Source of the DNA: Candidatus Daviesbacteria bacterium
GTDB lineage: Bacteria; Patescibacteriota; Microgenomatia; Daviesbacterales; UBA10151
DNA: 64,000 nt
Direction of reading: 5' to 3'
NCBI GenBank assembly: GCA_016184225.1
Contig: JACPDA010000004.1
Coordinates: forward strand, 474,763 to 538,762
Position 1 is the first letter of the stretch. The number at the start of each line of letters is the position of its first letter. Below are positions 10,491-20,149 of the stretch, piece by piece. The notes below the pieces were generated by a model. The model did no database searches. It was not told the DNA's origin and saw nothing but the letters and a program-made list of their open reading frames with translations. Position numbers and translations under genes: made by a program.

Positions 10491-11759
10491 ATGCTAAAGT
10501 CGATTCTCAGAACCGCCACATTTAAGCAATCCCAAATTACTATCACCGGGACTTTAATTAATGGCACCTTGGGCGCCTTCTTTTATATAATTCTAGCTAG
10601 GTTTTTGGGGCCTTCTGATTTTGGGATCTTGACAGTTTCTCTTACTACTCTTGTCTTGATAGCCGATGTTGCTGACATAGGAACAAATACAGGGCTCATT
10701 AGATTTGTTTCTTCCCACTTAAGCTTTGATAAAGATAAAGCCTATCGTTTTTTAAAGTTAAGCCTGGAGATTAAGCTGATTGCGTGGGCAGTGGCTTTTG
10801 TAGTGGTGTATCTGTTGGCCCCCTTCTTGGCAACTCAGGTTTTCCAAAAGCCTGATTTGATTTTGCCGCTTCGGCTGGTGTCATTCGGAATAGGAACAGC
10901 ACTTCTTTTTTCATTTGCAACTTCTGCCCTGCAGGCTTTTCAGAGATATTTTCTTTGGAGCACGGTTAATATTTTAACTAACTCCTTAAGGCTTATTTTA
11001 ATATTAGTTCTAGGTTACTACAGCCTGCTTAATATAGGAAGCAGTCTTCTTGTCTACATATTGCTGCCTTTTTTTGGTTTTTTTGTGACGCTTTTTATTC
11101 TTCCTACCAGGAAGTTTATTTTAAGTAAGGAGGAGTTTTCCTTGTCAGGCGAACTGTTTAAATATAATATTCCGGTGGCAATTTTTACCATAGTTGCTGC
11201 TTTTTCTGCCCGGTTAGATACTTACCTCAATGCAATCCTACTTTCTTCCCGGGAAGTGGGAATATACGGGGCAGCAAATCAGTTAATCCAGATTATGCCG
11301 CAACTTGTTTCGGCATTAGGTTTGGTATCAGCGCCGAAATTTGCCTCTTTTCAAAAAATTGACCAGATGCTTATATATTTTAAGAAATTCCAGCTTTTTG
11401 TTCTGGGACTTTGTATTTTGGGATTATTGGCAATTCCCCTGGCCATATATTTTATTCCGCTGCTTCTTGGATCGGCGTATACTGAAGCAATAATTCCTTT
11501 TGTGATTTTATTCTTGGGGTACCTTATTTTTCTTTTCTCTATTCCCGTGCACCACAGCATAATTTTTTATTTTGGCCGACCAGATGTTTTTATTTGGGTT
11601 TCGCTGGGTCATCTCTTGATAATCGGAGGCTTAGGTTATGTAATGATTTCAAATTTTGGAATAATTGGAGCTGCAGTAACAGTACTTTTTGGTATGTTGT
11701 TTAATTTCCTCTTTCCCTTAGGGTGGCTGCTTAATCGATTAAAAAGGAGTAGGGTATGA
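10491..11759 (+). CDS. polysaccharide/oligosaccharide flippase, Wzx-like (MOP superfamily)
   Basis: 422 aa with ~12 hydrophobic helices. The N-terminal pattern (TGTLINGTLGAFFYIILARFLGPSDFGIL) is typical of the Polysacc_synt / Wzx family. Confidence 0.65.
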   Translation: MLKSILRTATFKQSQITITGTLINGTLGAFFYIILARFLGPSDFGILTVSLTTLVLIADVADIGTNTGLIRFVSSHLSFDKDKAYRFLKLSLEIKLIAWAVAFVVVYLLAPFLATQVFQKPDLILPLRLVSFGIGTALLFSFATSALQAFQRYFLWSTVNILTNSLRLILILVLGYYSLLNIGSSLLVYILLPFFGFFVTLFILPTRKFILSKEEFSLSGELFKYNIPVAIFTIVAAFSARLDTYLNAILLSSREVGIYGAANQLIQIMPQLVSALGLVSAPKFASFQKIDQMLIYFKKFQLFVLGLCILGLLAIPLAIYFIPLLLGSAYTEAIIPFVILFLGYLIFLFSIPVHHSIIFYFGRPDVFIWVSLGHLLIIGGLGYVMISNFGIIGAAVTVLFGMLFNFLFPLGWLLNRLKRSRV

Positions 11760-12526
11760 AGATTTGGGCAAATTGCATTGTGCATAATGAAGAAAACTTT
11801 ATCTGGTTTGCCATTATGAGTGTGGTGGACTATGTGGATAAAATATTAGTTTGGGATACTGGTTCTACGGATAAAACTGTAGAGATAATTGAGGAGATAA
11901 GAAAAATAAAGGGGGACAAGATAGAATTCCGGAAGGTAGGTGTTGTAGACAGGCACGAATTTACTAAAATGCGCCAAATGATGCTTGATGAATCTAAGTG
12001 TGATTGGATTTTAATTTTAGATGGGGATGAGATTTGGTGGGAGGACTCAATAAAGCAAGTAGTAGAAGCAATAAATAAGGATAAAAATATAGATGCCATA
12101 GTTGTTCCTTTTTTTACTATGGTGGGAGATGTTTATCATTACCAATCTGAAGATGCCGGAAAATATGAGCTCGCCGGGAGGAAAGGCCATCTGACTATCA
12201 GGGCGATTAACCGCCGAATTCCGAGTTTGCATTTAGCTGGTCCTTACGGAAAAGAAGGTTTTATGGATAAAGAAGAAAGACTGATTCAGGATATGAGTCT
12301 TGAGAAGTTAATGTTTTTGGATGCGCCCTTTTTGCATCTGACACACCTTAAAAGAAGCTCAAAAGACGGACACAATAAATCCAAATACGATTTAGGGATA
12401 AAATTTAATAAACATTTTCCTGAAGTGTTTTATCTTAAAAGACCCGCTGGAATTCCTTCACCATGGCAAGAAAGATCTAAACTGTATGAAATTTTAAGCT
12501 TAGGCAAACGGATATTAAAATCATGA
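11756..12526 (+). CDS. glycosyltransferase family 2-like protein
   Basis: N-terminal CIVHNEE...LVWDTGSTDKT and a later DGDE motif resemble the GT2 fold (DxD-type). ATGA overlap with the upstream gene. Confidence 0.5.
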   Translation: MKIWANCIVHNEENFIWFAIMSVVDYVDKILVWDTGSTDKTVEIIEEIRKIKGDKIEFRKVGVVDRHEFTKMRQMMLDESKCDWILILDGDEIWWEDSIKQVVEAINKDKNIDAIVVPFFTMVGDVYHYQSEDAGKYELAGRKGHLTIRAINRRIPSLHLAGPYGKEGFMDKEERLIQDMSLEKLMFLDAPFLHLTHLKRSSKDGHNKSKYDLGIKFNKHFPEVFYLKRPAGIPSPWQERSKLYEILSLGKRILKS

Positions 12527-13179
12527 GTACATTAAAAAAATTCTACGAAAAATTCTGGTCTGAAGACCGTGGCGAATTCGGGAGTTATATCAGGAATTCA
12601 GAGCTGCCTGATTTTTTTAATAAGGGAGAATTTATTTTGGATGTCGGATGCGGAGATGGGGTAGTTGGGGCATTCCTACAGCAGCGAGCCGGGGTAAAAG
12701 TAGCGGGGATAGATATTTCTGAGGAGGCTGTAAGGAAAGCAAAAAATAAAGGTATTGATGCCAGGGTATGCAACAGTGAACAAAAATTTCCTTTCCCGGA
12801 TAACTTATTCGATAAAGTCTTTTGGGGTGATAACATTGAGCACTTGTTTGATCCTGCCAGGACAATAAAGGAAATTAGGAGAGTTTTAAAAAAGGAAGGA
12901 AGATTAATACTATCCTGCCCGAATATGGGATACTGGCGATACAGAATCCATTATTTTTTAAGCGGTAGTTTGCCTGATACGGAATGGACAGGTCTTGCTC
13001 CTTGGGAATGGTCGCATATACGTTTTTTTAATCTGGGAATCTTAAGAGAATTTCTCAAAAGGAACGGATTTAGTAAAATAACAAGGACTAGCGGGGTGTC
13101 TGAACGCCGACTGGATAAACCTTTTCTGGAGTTTAACCCTGCGCTTTTCGGAATGATACTAATATTGGAGGCAGCATGA
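12523..13179 (+). CDS. class I SAM-dependent methyltransferase
   Basis: Motif I LDVGCGDGVVG, then an acidic residue after beta-2 (GIDISEEAV) and a post-I motif LILSCPN. Confidence 0.75.
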   Translation: MSTLKKFYEKFWSEDRGEFGSYIRNSELPDFFNKGEFILDVGCGDGVVGAFLQQRAGVKVAGIDISEEAVRKAKNKGIDARVCNSEQKFPFPDNLFDKVFWGDNIEHLFDPARTIKEIRRVLKKEGRLILSCPNMGYWRYRIHYFLSGSLPDTEWTGLAPWEWSHIRFFNLGILREFLKRNGFSKITRTSGVSERRLDKPFLEFNPALFGMILILEAA

Positions 13180-13856
13180 AAAATGCGATTGTTACTTTAG
13201 AAAGCATGAGTCAGGCGGTTTGGTATAACCAGTGGATTCTTAGTAAGTTTGTCAGTTACCTTGGGGGGAATATTTTGGAAGTTGGATGCGGTATTGGAAA
13301 TTTTACACAGAATCTTTCTCTGTATGGGAAAGTTTGGGCGATAGACATTAATAAAGAATATATAAATGATATTAAAAAAGAACAGGGGGATAGAGTTCAG
13401 GTTGGTTTGGGTGATATTGAAAAAGGAAAATATTTTTTTGAAAATAAGATGTTTGACAATATTGTCTGTCTTAATGTTTTGGAACACATAAAAGACGATA
13501 ATGCTGCCTTAATAAATCTGTTTAATCTTTTGAAGCCAGGAGGTAAATTGATTTTGCTTGTACCTTCCCACAAATTTTTATACGGAAGCATTGATAAAGC
13601 TATAGATCATTTCAGGAGATATTCAAAAGGGAAAATTACGGCTCTCCTTAAGGAGATAGGTTTTAAAATAATTGAGTCAAGAAGATTTAATTTTCTGGGA
13701 GGGCTTGGGTGGTTTATTGCAGGACGGATTCTTAAAGCAAATGCTGTCGGCGGAGGAAATATTTCTGTCTTTAACAGGATAGCACCCTTTATTCTGCCTT
13801 TGGAATTTTTTGAGCCTCCTTTAGGAACATCTATTTTAGTCATTGCTGAAAGATAA
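13176..13856 (+). CDS. class I SAM-dependent methyltransferase
   Basis: Motif I ILEVGCGIGNFT, then DNIVCLNVLEHI and KPGGKLILLVP (Methyltransf_11/23-like). Confidence 0.75.
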   Translation: MKNAIVTLESMSQAVWYNQWILSKFVSYLGGNILEVGCGIGNFTQNLSLYGKVWAIDINKEYINDIKKEQGDRVQVGLGDIEKGKYFFENKMFDNIVCLNVLEHIKDDNAALINLFNLLKPGGKLILLVPSHKFLYGSIDKAIDHFRRYSKGKITALLKEIGFKIIESRRFNFLGGLGWFIAGRILKANAVGGGNISVFNRIAPFILPLEFFEPPLGTSILVIAER

Positions 13857-13866
13857 ATTTAATCAG

Positions 13867-14568
13867 ATGAAACTTTCCATAATCATTCCGGTATATAACG
13901 AAGAAAAAACAGTGGCCGAAGTTTTAAGGAGGATTGGCGAAGTGGAATTGCAGAATTCTTTACAGAAAGAAATTATAATTGTCAGTGATGGATCAACAGA
14001 TCATACTAATAAAATCTTAAGTAGGTATAAGGGTATTAAATTTTATAAACATTCAAAAAATTTAGGTAAAGGTGCTGCGCTCCAAACGGGTTTTCGAAAT
14101 TCGACAGGGGATTTTCTTGTTATCCAGGATGCAGACTTGGAATATCATCCCAGGGATTATGCCAGGCTGCTTAAGCCTCTTATTAGAAATGAGGCGGATG
14201 TAGTTTACGGCTCCAGGTTAATGAATTATCCCTTGAGGTTATGGGGAAGAAGGAAAACGGTTTTACCCCTGCATTTGCTGGCCAACAAGTTTCTGACACT
14301 GTTTACAAACCTGTTTTACCATAGCAACTTGACTGATATGGAAACAGGCTATAAGGTTTTCAGGAAAAGTGTGATTGATCAATTAAAGATTAAATCTAAC
14401 AAGTTTGATTTTGAGGCGGAGGTTACGGCAAAAATTCTAAAAAGAAAAATTCCAATAGTAGAAGTACCGATTATTGTGAGACCGCGGACTTATAAAGAAG
14501 GAAAAAAGATTGGGTGGAAAGATGGCTTTTCAGCCATATGGACATTAATTAAATACAGATTTATTTAA
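13867..14568 (+). CDS. GT2 polyprenyl-phosphate sugar synthase (DPM1/GtrB/CsbB-like)
   Basis: MKLSIIIPVYNEE...IIVSDGSTD...GKGAALQTGF...VIQDADLEY is the classic GT2_2 (dolichol-phosphate-mannose synthase-like) signature. The ORF track starts at 13843; the internal ATG at 13867 avoids overlap. Confidence 0.8.
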   Translation: MKLSIIIPVYNEEKTVAEVLRRIGEVELQNSLQKEIIIVSDGSTDHTNKILSRYKGIKFYKHSKNLGKGAALQTGFRNSTGDFLVIQDADLEYHPRDYARLLKPLIRNEADVVYGSRLMNYPLRLWGRRKTVLPLHLLANKFLTLFTNLFYHSNLTDMETGYKVFRKSVIDQLKIKSNKFDFEAEVTAKILKRKIPIVEVPIIVRPRTYKEGKKIGWKDGFSAIWTLIKYRFI

Positions 14569-14569
14569 A

Positions 14570-15517
14570 ATGAAAATTGCCTTTTTAAGCCGTTATCAGG
14601 ATCAGGTTGAAAGAGGTGCGGAGAATTTTGTTTCAGAATTATCTAAAAGACTTTCAAAAAAACACAGTATAAACGTATTTTCGGGTAAGGATGCGGATAA
14701 TATATCGAAAGTTATAAAGGGAGAATATGAGATAGTTATTTCGATTAATGGCAGGATCCAAAGCTTAAAAGCTTCTTTGGGAAGGATATCCGGAAAATAT
14801 AAACTATTAATTACCGGACATAGTGGTATTGGCAGGGATGACATTTGGAATATAGCGGTTTGCAGGCCTGATGTATTTGTAGCTCTAACCGGGTATATGG
14901 CAAAATGGGCAAATAGTTGGGCCTGGGGAACTAAAGTGGTAAAGATTCCCAATGGAATAGACCTTGAGAAATTTAAGCCGGAAGGAGAAAGAATAGATTT
15001 AGGATTACAAAAGCCGGTTGTTTTGTCGGTGGGCGCGCTAACTTGGTATAAGCATCATGAAAGGGTAATTAGGGCGGTAAGGGAGATAGGGGAAGGATCT
15101 GTTTTAATTGTAGGGGAAGGGCCGGAAAAAAATAGGTTAGCAGAATTAGGTAATAAGTTGTTGGGGGAGCGGTTTAAAATTGCAAGGTTTAAGTTTGAAG
15201 ATATGCCAAAAATCTATAGATCCTGCGATTTATTTTCTTTACCATCGTGGGACCGGGAAGCTTTCGGATTAGTCTACCTGGAAGCTATGGCTTCAGGTGT
15301 TGGAGTTGTTGCTCCTGATGATGATTCCAGAAGGGAGATAGTGGAAGATGGGGGACTATTTACCGAAGTCGGCGATCCGGCAGTTTATGGGAAAACCATT
15401 AAGGAAGCTTTAAGAGTTAACTGGTCAAAAAAAGCCCGCTCTCAAGCGGAAAAGTTCTCATGGAATAAAGTAGCGGTGGAGTATGAAAGAACAATGTTTG
15501 ATATGATCAAAGTATGA
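14570..15517 (+). CDS. glycosyltransferase family 4
   Basis: C-terminal GT-B motif ...PSWDREAFGLVYLEAMASGVGVVAPD... (EX7E-like). Confidence 0.75.
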   Translation: MKIAFLSRYQDQVERGAENFVSELSKRLSKKHSINVFSGKDADNISKVIKGEYEIVISINGRIQSLKASLGRISGKYKLLITGHSGIGRDDIWNIAVCRPDVFVALTGYMAKWANSWAWGTKVVKIPNGIDLEKFKPEGERIDLGLQKPVVLSVGALTWYKHHERVIRAVREIGEGSVLIVGEGPEKNRLAELGNKLLGERFKIARFKFEDMPKIYRSCDLFSLPSWDREAFGLVYLEAMASGVGVVAPDDDSRREIVEDGGLFTEVGDPAVYGKTIKEALRVNWSKKARSQAEKFSWNKVAVEYERTMFDMIKV

Positions 15518-16272
15518 TTACAGCAGTATTAGTAAATTTTAATGAGTCGGAAAAACTAAGACAGTGCTTTAAGAATTTAGCAGATTTTGCAGATGAAATA
15601 GTAGTAGTAGATTTAGGTTCATCGGATCAAAGTATATCAGTTTGTAAAGAATATGGTGTTAAAGTCTTTGAACATGAATTTGTTACTTTTGTAGAAAAAG
15701 TTCGTAATTTTGCCGTTTCAAAAGCAGCAGGGGAATGGATTTTAGTGTTAGATCCTGACGAGATGGTAAGTGAAAAGCTTAAAGAAAAACTCAAGCAGGT
15801 AATTTCGGAAGGTCAATACCAGGCAGTTAATATCCCCAGGAAAAATATTTTCTTTGGTCAGTGGATTGCCCACACTAATTGGTGGCCGGACAGACATGTC
15901 CGTTTTTTCAAGAAAGGTCAAGTTAGCTGGGGTAATAAAATTCACAGCTATCCGAGAGTTTCCGGTAAGGTTTTAGACTTAGAAGCCAAGGAGAATTTGG
16001 CAATTATCCATTTAGGATATGAGACGGTTTCAGGTTTCCTGGAGAGGCAAAACAGGTATTCTACGATCGAGGCGGAGAATCTTTTTTCCCAAGGAGTCAG
16101 ATTCTCCTGGGTATCTTTTCTTTGGAAACCAAAGAGAGAATTTTTAGTCAGATTCATAAGGCATGCGGGATTTCTGGATGGGTTTCATGGTCTGGCTCTA
16201 ACTATCCTGATGATGGTTTATCAGCTACAGGCAATGGTTAAACTTTGGGAATTGGAAGGAAAAGAGAAATGA
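15514..16272 (+). CDS. glycosyltransferase family 2 (short form)
   Basis: ITAVLVNFNESEKL...VVVDLGSSDQS...LVLDPDE gives DxD and a GT-A fold signature. Confidence 0.65.
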   Translation: MITAVLVNFNESEKLRQCFKNLADFADEIVVVDLGSSDQSISVCKEYGVKVFEHEFVTFVEKVRNFAVSKAAGEWILVLDPDEMVSEKLKEKLKQVISEGQYQAVNIPRKNIFFGQWIAHTNWWPDRHVRFFKKGQVSWGNKIHSYPRVSGKVLDLEAKENLAIIHLGYETVSGFLERQNRYSTIEAENLFSQGVRFSWVSFLWKPKREFLVRFIRHAGFLDGFHGLALTILMMVYQLQAMVKLWELEGKEK

Positions 16273-17696
16273 TCTGGGCCGTTTTAGGGTTGGGATTGGT
16301 ACTCAGGTTAATCAGTCTAAACCAGAGTTTATGGTTGGATGAGGCCATTAATGTTATGGCTGCCAGGAGTTTTTCTTTATGGGGAATGGTAACTCAGTAT
16401 GCAGTTGCCGATTTTCACCCTCCGGGCTGGTTTATTATTCTGTGGGTTTGGGGTAAGACTTTTGGTTACTCTGAAATAGCAGTCAGGATACCATCCGTAA
16501 TTATCGGAGTTTTAACTATTTATATTACATACCTGCTGGGAAAAAAGTTAATATCAAAAAATGTTGGACTGATTGCAGCGTTACTTTTGGCCATTAATCC
16601 CCTTCATATTTATTATAGCCAGGAAGCCAGGATGTATGCCCTGGCTGCCTTGGCAGTTTCTTTGAATATGCTTCTTTTTATAGACTTTGTAAGGGGTGGT
16701 AAGGGAGGTAAGGGTAGTATGGTAATTTATGTGTTAAGTAATATCTTCATCCTGCTTTCTGATTATGTGGCCTATTTGATATTTCCCGTTCAATTTGTAT
16801 TTTTGTTATTCCTTAGAAAGGAGGCTTTAAGGGGTTGGTCTATCAGGTTGGTAGCAGCCTGTTTAGCCTTTATTTGGTGGTTGCCGGTATTTTTGAAACA
16901 GCTTGATGTGGGTTCCACAGCTTCTGCTAATTTACCGACCTGGAAGTTTGTGGTAGGAGGATTTGATTTTAAGACAATTCCGCTGACTTTTGTAAAATTT
17001 ATTATCGGCAGGATAAGTTTGGTAAATAAAATAATGTATGCAGCCTTACTTTTGCCGATTGTTACTTTATTTACCTTTCTTTTGTGGCATGGGATAAAGA
17101 ATTTAACTGATACATCAAGAAAATTGCTGTTTTTCTGGCTTATTATTCCGTCTGTCATAGCAACCATGATTTCTTTCTTTATTCCGGTGTACAGCTATTT
17201 CAGGGTGCTTTTTATTATTCCTGTTTTTGTGCTGTTAGTTTCAAATGGTATTTCAGAATTTAGATGGAGATTAAGATATGTTTTTTTGGTTGTGATTATT
17301 TTCATACAACTTTTTTGCGCTTTTGTGTATTTGTTGAACACTAATTACCAAAGAGATAACTGGAGAGGATTGGTAAGCTATTTTAAGAATATCCAGCCGG
17401 AAGTTATCCTATTTGAAAGCTCCGGGACTTTGCCTCCTTTTGATTACTATGCCGGCGGGAGCTTGAATGTCAGGGGGGCTTTGAATGATTTTCCGGCCAG
17501 AGATGATACAGCAATTGCAGGTTTGAGCGAATTGTTAAAAGATAAGAGAGAAATATACCTGGTTGATTATTTAGTACAAATCAGCGACCCGGACAGGTTA
17601 GTAGCTAAGAAATTGACAGAATTAGGTTATACGGAGAAAGAAATTAAAGATTTCCATGGGGTTGGATTTGTTTATCATTATGTTAAAAACGATTAA
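16269..17696 (+). CDS. PMT/ArnT-like GT-C glycosyltransferase (GT39/GT83-like)
   Basis: N-terminal SLWLDEAINVMAARS...FHPPGW...YSEIAVRIPSVI...INPLHIYYSQEARMYA is typical of dolichyl/undecaprenyl-phosphate-sugar dependent 4-amino-arabinose/mannosyl transferases. ATGA overlap at 16269. Confidence 0.7.
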   Translation: MIWAVLGLGLVLRLISLNQSLWLDEAINVMAARSFSLWGMVTQYAVADFHPPGWFIILWVWGKTFGYSEIAVRIPSVIIGVLTIYITYLLGKKLISKNVGLIAALLLAINPLHIYYSQEARMYALAALAVSLNMLLFIDFVRGGKGGKGSMVIYVLSNIFILLSDYVAYLIFPVQFVFLLFLRKEALRGWSIRLVAACLAFIWWLPVFLKQLDVGSTASANLPTWKFVVGGFDFKTIPLTFVKFIIGRISLVNKIMYAALLLPIVTLFTFLLWHGIKNLTDTSRKLLFFWLIIPSVIATMISFFIPVYSYFRVLFIIPVFVLLVSNGISEFRWRLRYVFLVVIIFIQLFCAFVYLLNTNYQRDNWRGLVSYFKNIQPEVILFESSGTLPPFDYYAGGSLNVRGALNDFPARDDTAIAGLSELLKDKREIYLVDYLVQISDPDRLVAKKLTELGYTEKEIKDFHGVGFVYHYVKND

Positions 17697-19110
17697 CTTT
17701 AAAAATCACCTTAGCTATATCTTATTAGGGTTAATTTTGCTGGTTCACACTTTAATCTTGACTAGGTTAATTTATTTTCCATATCCGGAACTGTTTATTT
17801 ATCCGTATTTAACAAATAATGGTCTGGCTCCCTATAGGCAGATTCTGGATCAGCACTTTCCGGGTTTAATGTTTTTACCAATAAATTTAAATAATTTAGG
17901 AATGAGTACGCCTGAGATAGCTAGGTTATGGTCTATATCTATTGTCCTTATAACCCATGCGATGCTTTTTCTTATTGCCGGCAAAATATTTAAAAGTAGA
18001 AGTAAAGCGCTACTGATAAATTTTCTATATTTAATTTGGCAGCCCTTTTTTGAAGGGTGGGTATTGTGGATAGATAGCTTCTTGCCTCTGTTGTTACTAC
18101 CTGCTTTTTATGCTTTTTACAGAAGATGGTTTTTCGCTGCGGGTTTACTACTAGGGATAGCTATAGTTTTTAAACAAACTATTATTCCTCTTTCCGCATT
18201 TATCCTGATTTATATTCTGAGCAAGCGCGAAGAAAATAGTCCTACGGTTTATATTTTTTGGAGGATGCGAAACTTTCAAACTTGTTTAAGATTCTTACTG
18301 GGATTATCTATTCCAGTTAGCTTGATGATTGCATACTTTATTAGTATTGGGGTATTTAGGGACTTTTGGTTTTGGACCGTTATTTTTAATTTAACAACAT
18401 TTGCAGAGTTTGGTCGGGGATCCGGTCCTACACTTGCTCATTTTTCCAGGGTACTTTTGGTTTTTGGAACAGCCTTTTTAGTTATTAGGAGAATCAAATC
18501 AGTCGAAGCACAAGTTCTACTTATTTTTCTGGTAGGTACATTAATTGGGCTTTCTACCAGGTTTGATTTTGTTCATTTTCAACCGGCTTTACCATTTGCC
18601 CTTATGGCTACAGTTTTGGGGGTGGGGGAATTGGGTCCTTCGACTTCGCTCAGGGTCTTCGAGAGATTGGGGAGGTTGGGGTTCATCGGTATTTATAGCT
18701 TGGTTTTAGTATGGTGGCTGGTGATTTTTTATAAGGGCCACTTAGGTGATCGGGTAATATCCTTTGATTCACAGACAAAAGATCTGGCTGCCAAAATTAG
18801 GGATTATACAAACCCCGGAGAAAAGATTTTTGTCTTTGGTGCACAGCCACATCTTTACCAGATGTCCGGGACACTCCCGGCCGGAGATATTTTCGTTTTT
18901 CAATTCCCCTGGTTTTTTCAGGTTGCAGAAAGAAGGATCCTGACAGGTATTATCAAAGATAAACCAAAGATTGTAGTTTCGGATAGGACAACAAGAATTG
19001 AGGATCGGAAAATTACAGATTTTGCAAAAAACATTGATATATATATCAATCAGAATTATGAAAAAATTGACAGTGTCGGAACAACGGATATTTTAAGACG
19101 GAAAGGGTAA
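17680..19110 (+). CDS. polytopic membrane protein, possible additional GT-C-type enzyme
   Basis: ~480 aa with many TM helices in the N-terminal two-thirds. No diagnostic motif recognised. Start ambiguous (17656 or 17680). Confidence 0.4.
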   Translation: MLKTINFKNHLSYILLGLILLVHTLILTRLIYFPYPELFIYPYLTNNGLAPYRQILDQHFPGLMFLPINLNNLGMSTPEIARLWSISIVLITHAMLFLIAGKIFKSRSKALLINFLYLIWQPFFEGWVLWIDSFLPLLLLPAFYAFYRRWFFAAGLLLGIAIVFKQTIIPLSAFILIYILSKREENSPTVYIFWRMRNFQTCLRFLLGLSIPVSLMIAYFISIGVFRDFWFWTVIFNLTTFAEFGRGSGPTLAHFSRVLLVFGTAFLVIRRIKSVEAQVLLIFLVGTLIGLSTRFDFVHFQPALPFALMATVLGVGELGPSTSLRVFERLGRLGFIGIYSLVLVWWLVIFYKGHLGDRVISFDSQTKDLAAKIRDYTNPGEKIFVFGAQPHLYQMSGTLPAGDIFVFQFPWFFQVAERRILTGIIKDKPKIVVSDRTTRIEDRKITDFAKNIDIYINQNYEKIDSVGTTDILRRKG

Positions 19111-19120
19111 AATATATTTT

Positions 19121-20149
19121 ATGGACCGTAAAATTATTGTCGGAATGGATATATCACAAATTGCACATAAGGGTGGGGTAGCTACTTATACAAATAACCT
19201 AAGAAAAAAGTTATCGGAAATTCCCGATCTGGAGATGGTATATTTTTATTCATCCCTCCGGAAACCCTTTAAAGGCCGTCTTAAAAATTTAAAGTCTTAC
19301 AGACTGCCGCCGACCCTTTTTGAAATGTTGTTTAATAGGTGGCGGAATGTCTCTATTGAGAGGTTTATTGGTCCGGTTGACATATTCCATTCTTCCGATT
19401 GGATCCAGCCGCCGAGTAAAGCAAAGAAAGTGACAACATACCATGATGTGGTGCCGGAAAAATTTCCCCAGTGGTCGCATTCAAAAATTATTGCTGTTCA
19501 TAAAAGGAGACTTAAATTGGTCGAAAGGGAGATAGACATGGTCATCGCAGTATCAAAGACTACGAAAAAAGACCTTTTAGAGGTTTCTGATATTCCCGAG
19601 GAAAAAATTACAGTCATTTATGAAGGGCCGACTGGAGATTTTAAGCCCCAAACCAAAGAAAAAATCAAAAGGTTTAAGGAGAAGTATAATTTGCCGGAAA
19701 AGTTTGTCCTGGCAATCGGGGGGATAGGGGAGAGAAGGAATTTAAAAAGGATCAAAGAAGCATGTAGTGATTACAACTTAGTTATTGCAGGTCAATCACT
19801 CCCCTGGTTGGGCATAGATGAGCTGGAGCTGCTCTACGGTTCCGCGAATGTGCTGTTGTACGCTTCACTTTATGAGGGATTTGGTCTTCCAATACTGGAT
19901 AGTTTTGCTTGCGGAATTCCGGTGATTACTTCAAATGTTTCTGCCATGCCGGAGGTTGCTGGAAATGCGGCATTGTATGTTGACCCCAGTAGTGTAGAGG
20001 ATATAAAGGAAAAACTTGATTTAGTTATGAATGATAAAAGTTTAAGAAAGGAAATAATAGAAAAAGGGTTTAAGCGGGTTAAGTATTTTTCCTGGGAAAA
20101 GGCAGCAAAGCAAACAGTAGAGGTTTACAGAAAATTAGTCAATGGTTAA
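19121..20149 (+). CDS. glycosyltransferase family 4
   Basis: ...SLYEGFGLPILDSFACGIPVITSNVSAMPEVAGNAALYVDP... Confidence 0.8.
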   Translation: MDRKIIVGMDISQIAHKGGVATYTNNLRKKLSEIPDLEMVYFYSSLRKPFKGRLKNLKSYRLPPTLFEMLFNRWRNVSIERFIGPVDIFHSSDWIQPPSKAKKVTTYHDVVPEKFPQWSHSKIIAVHKRRLKLVEREIDMVIAVSKTTKKDLLEVSDIPEEKITVIYEGPTGDFKPQTKEKIKRFKEKYNLPEKFVLAIGGIGERRNLKRIKEACSDYNLVIAGQSLPWLGIDELELLYGSANVLLYASLYEGFGLPILDSFACGIPVITSNVSAMPEVAGNAALYVDPSSVEDIKEKLDLVMNDKSLRKEIIEKGFKRVKYFSWEKAAKQTVEVYRKLVNG

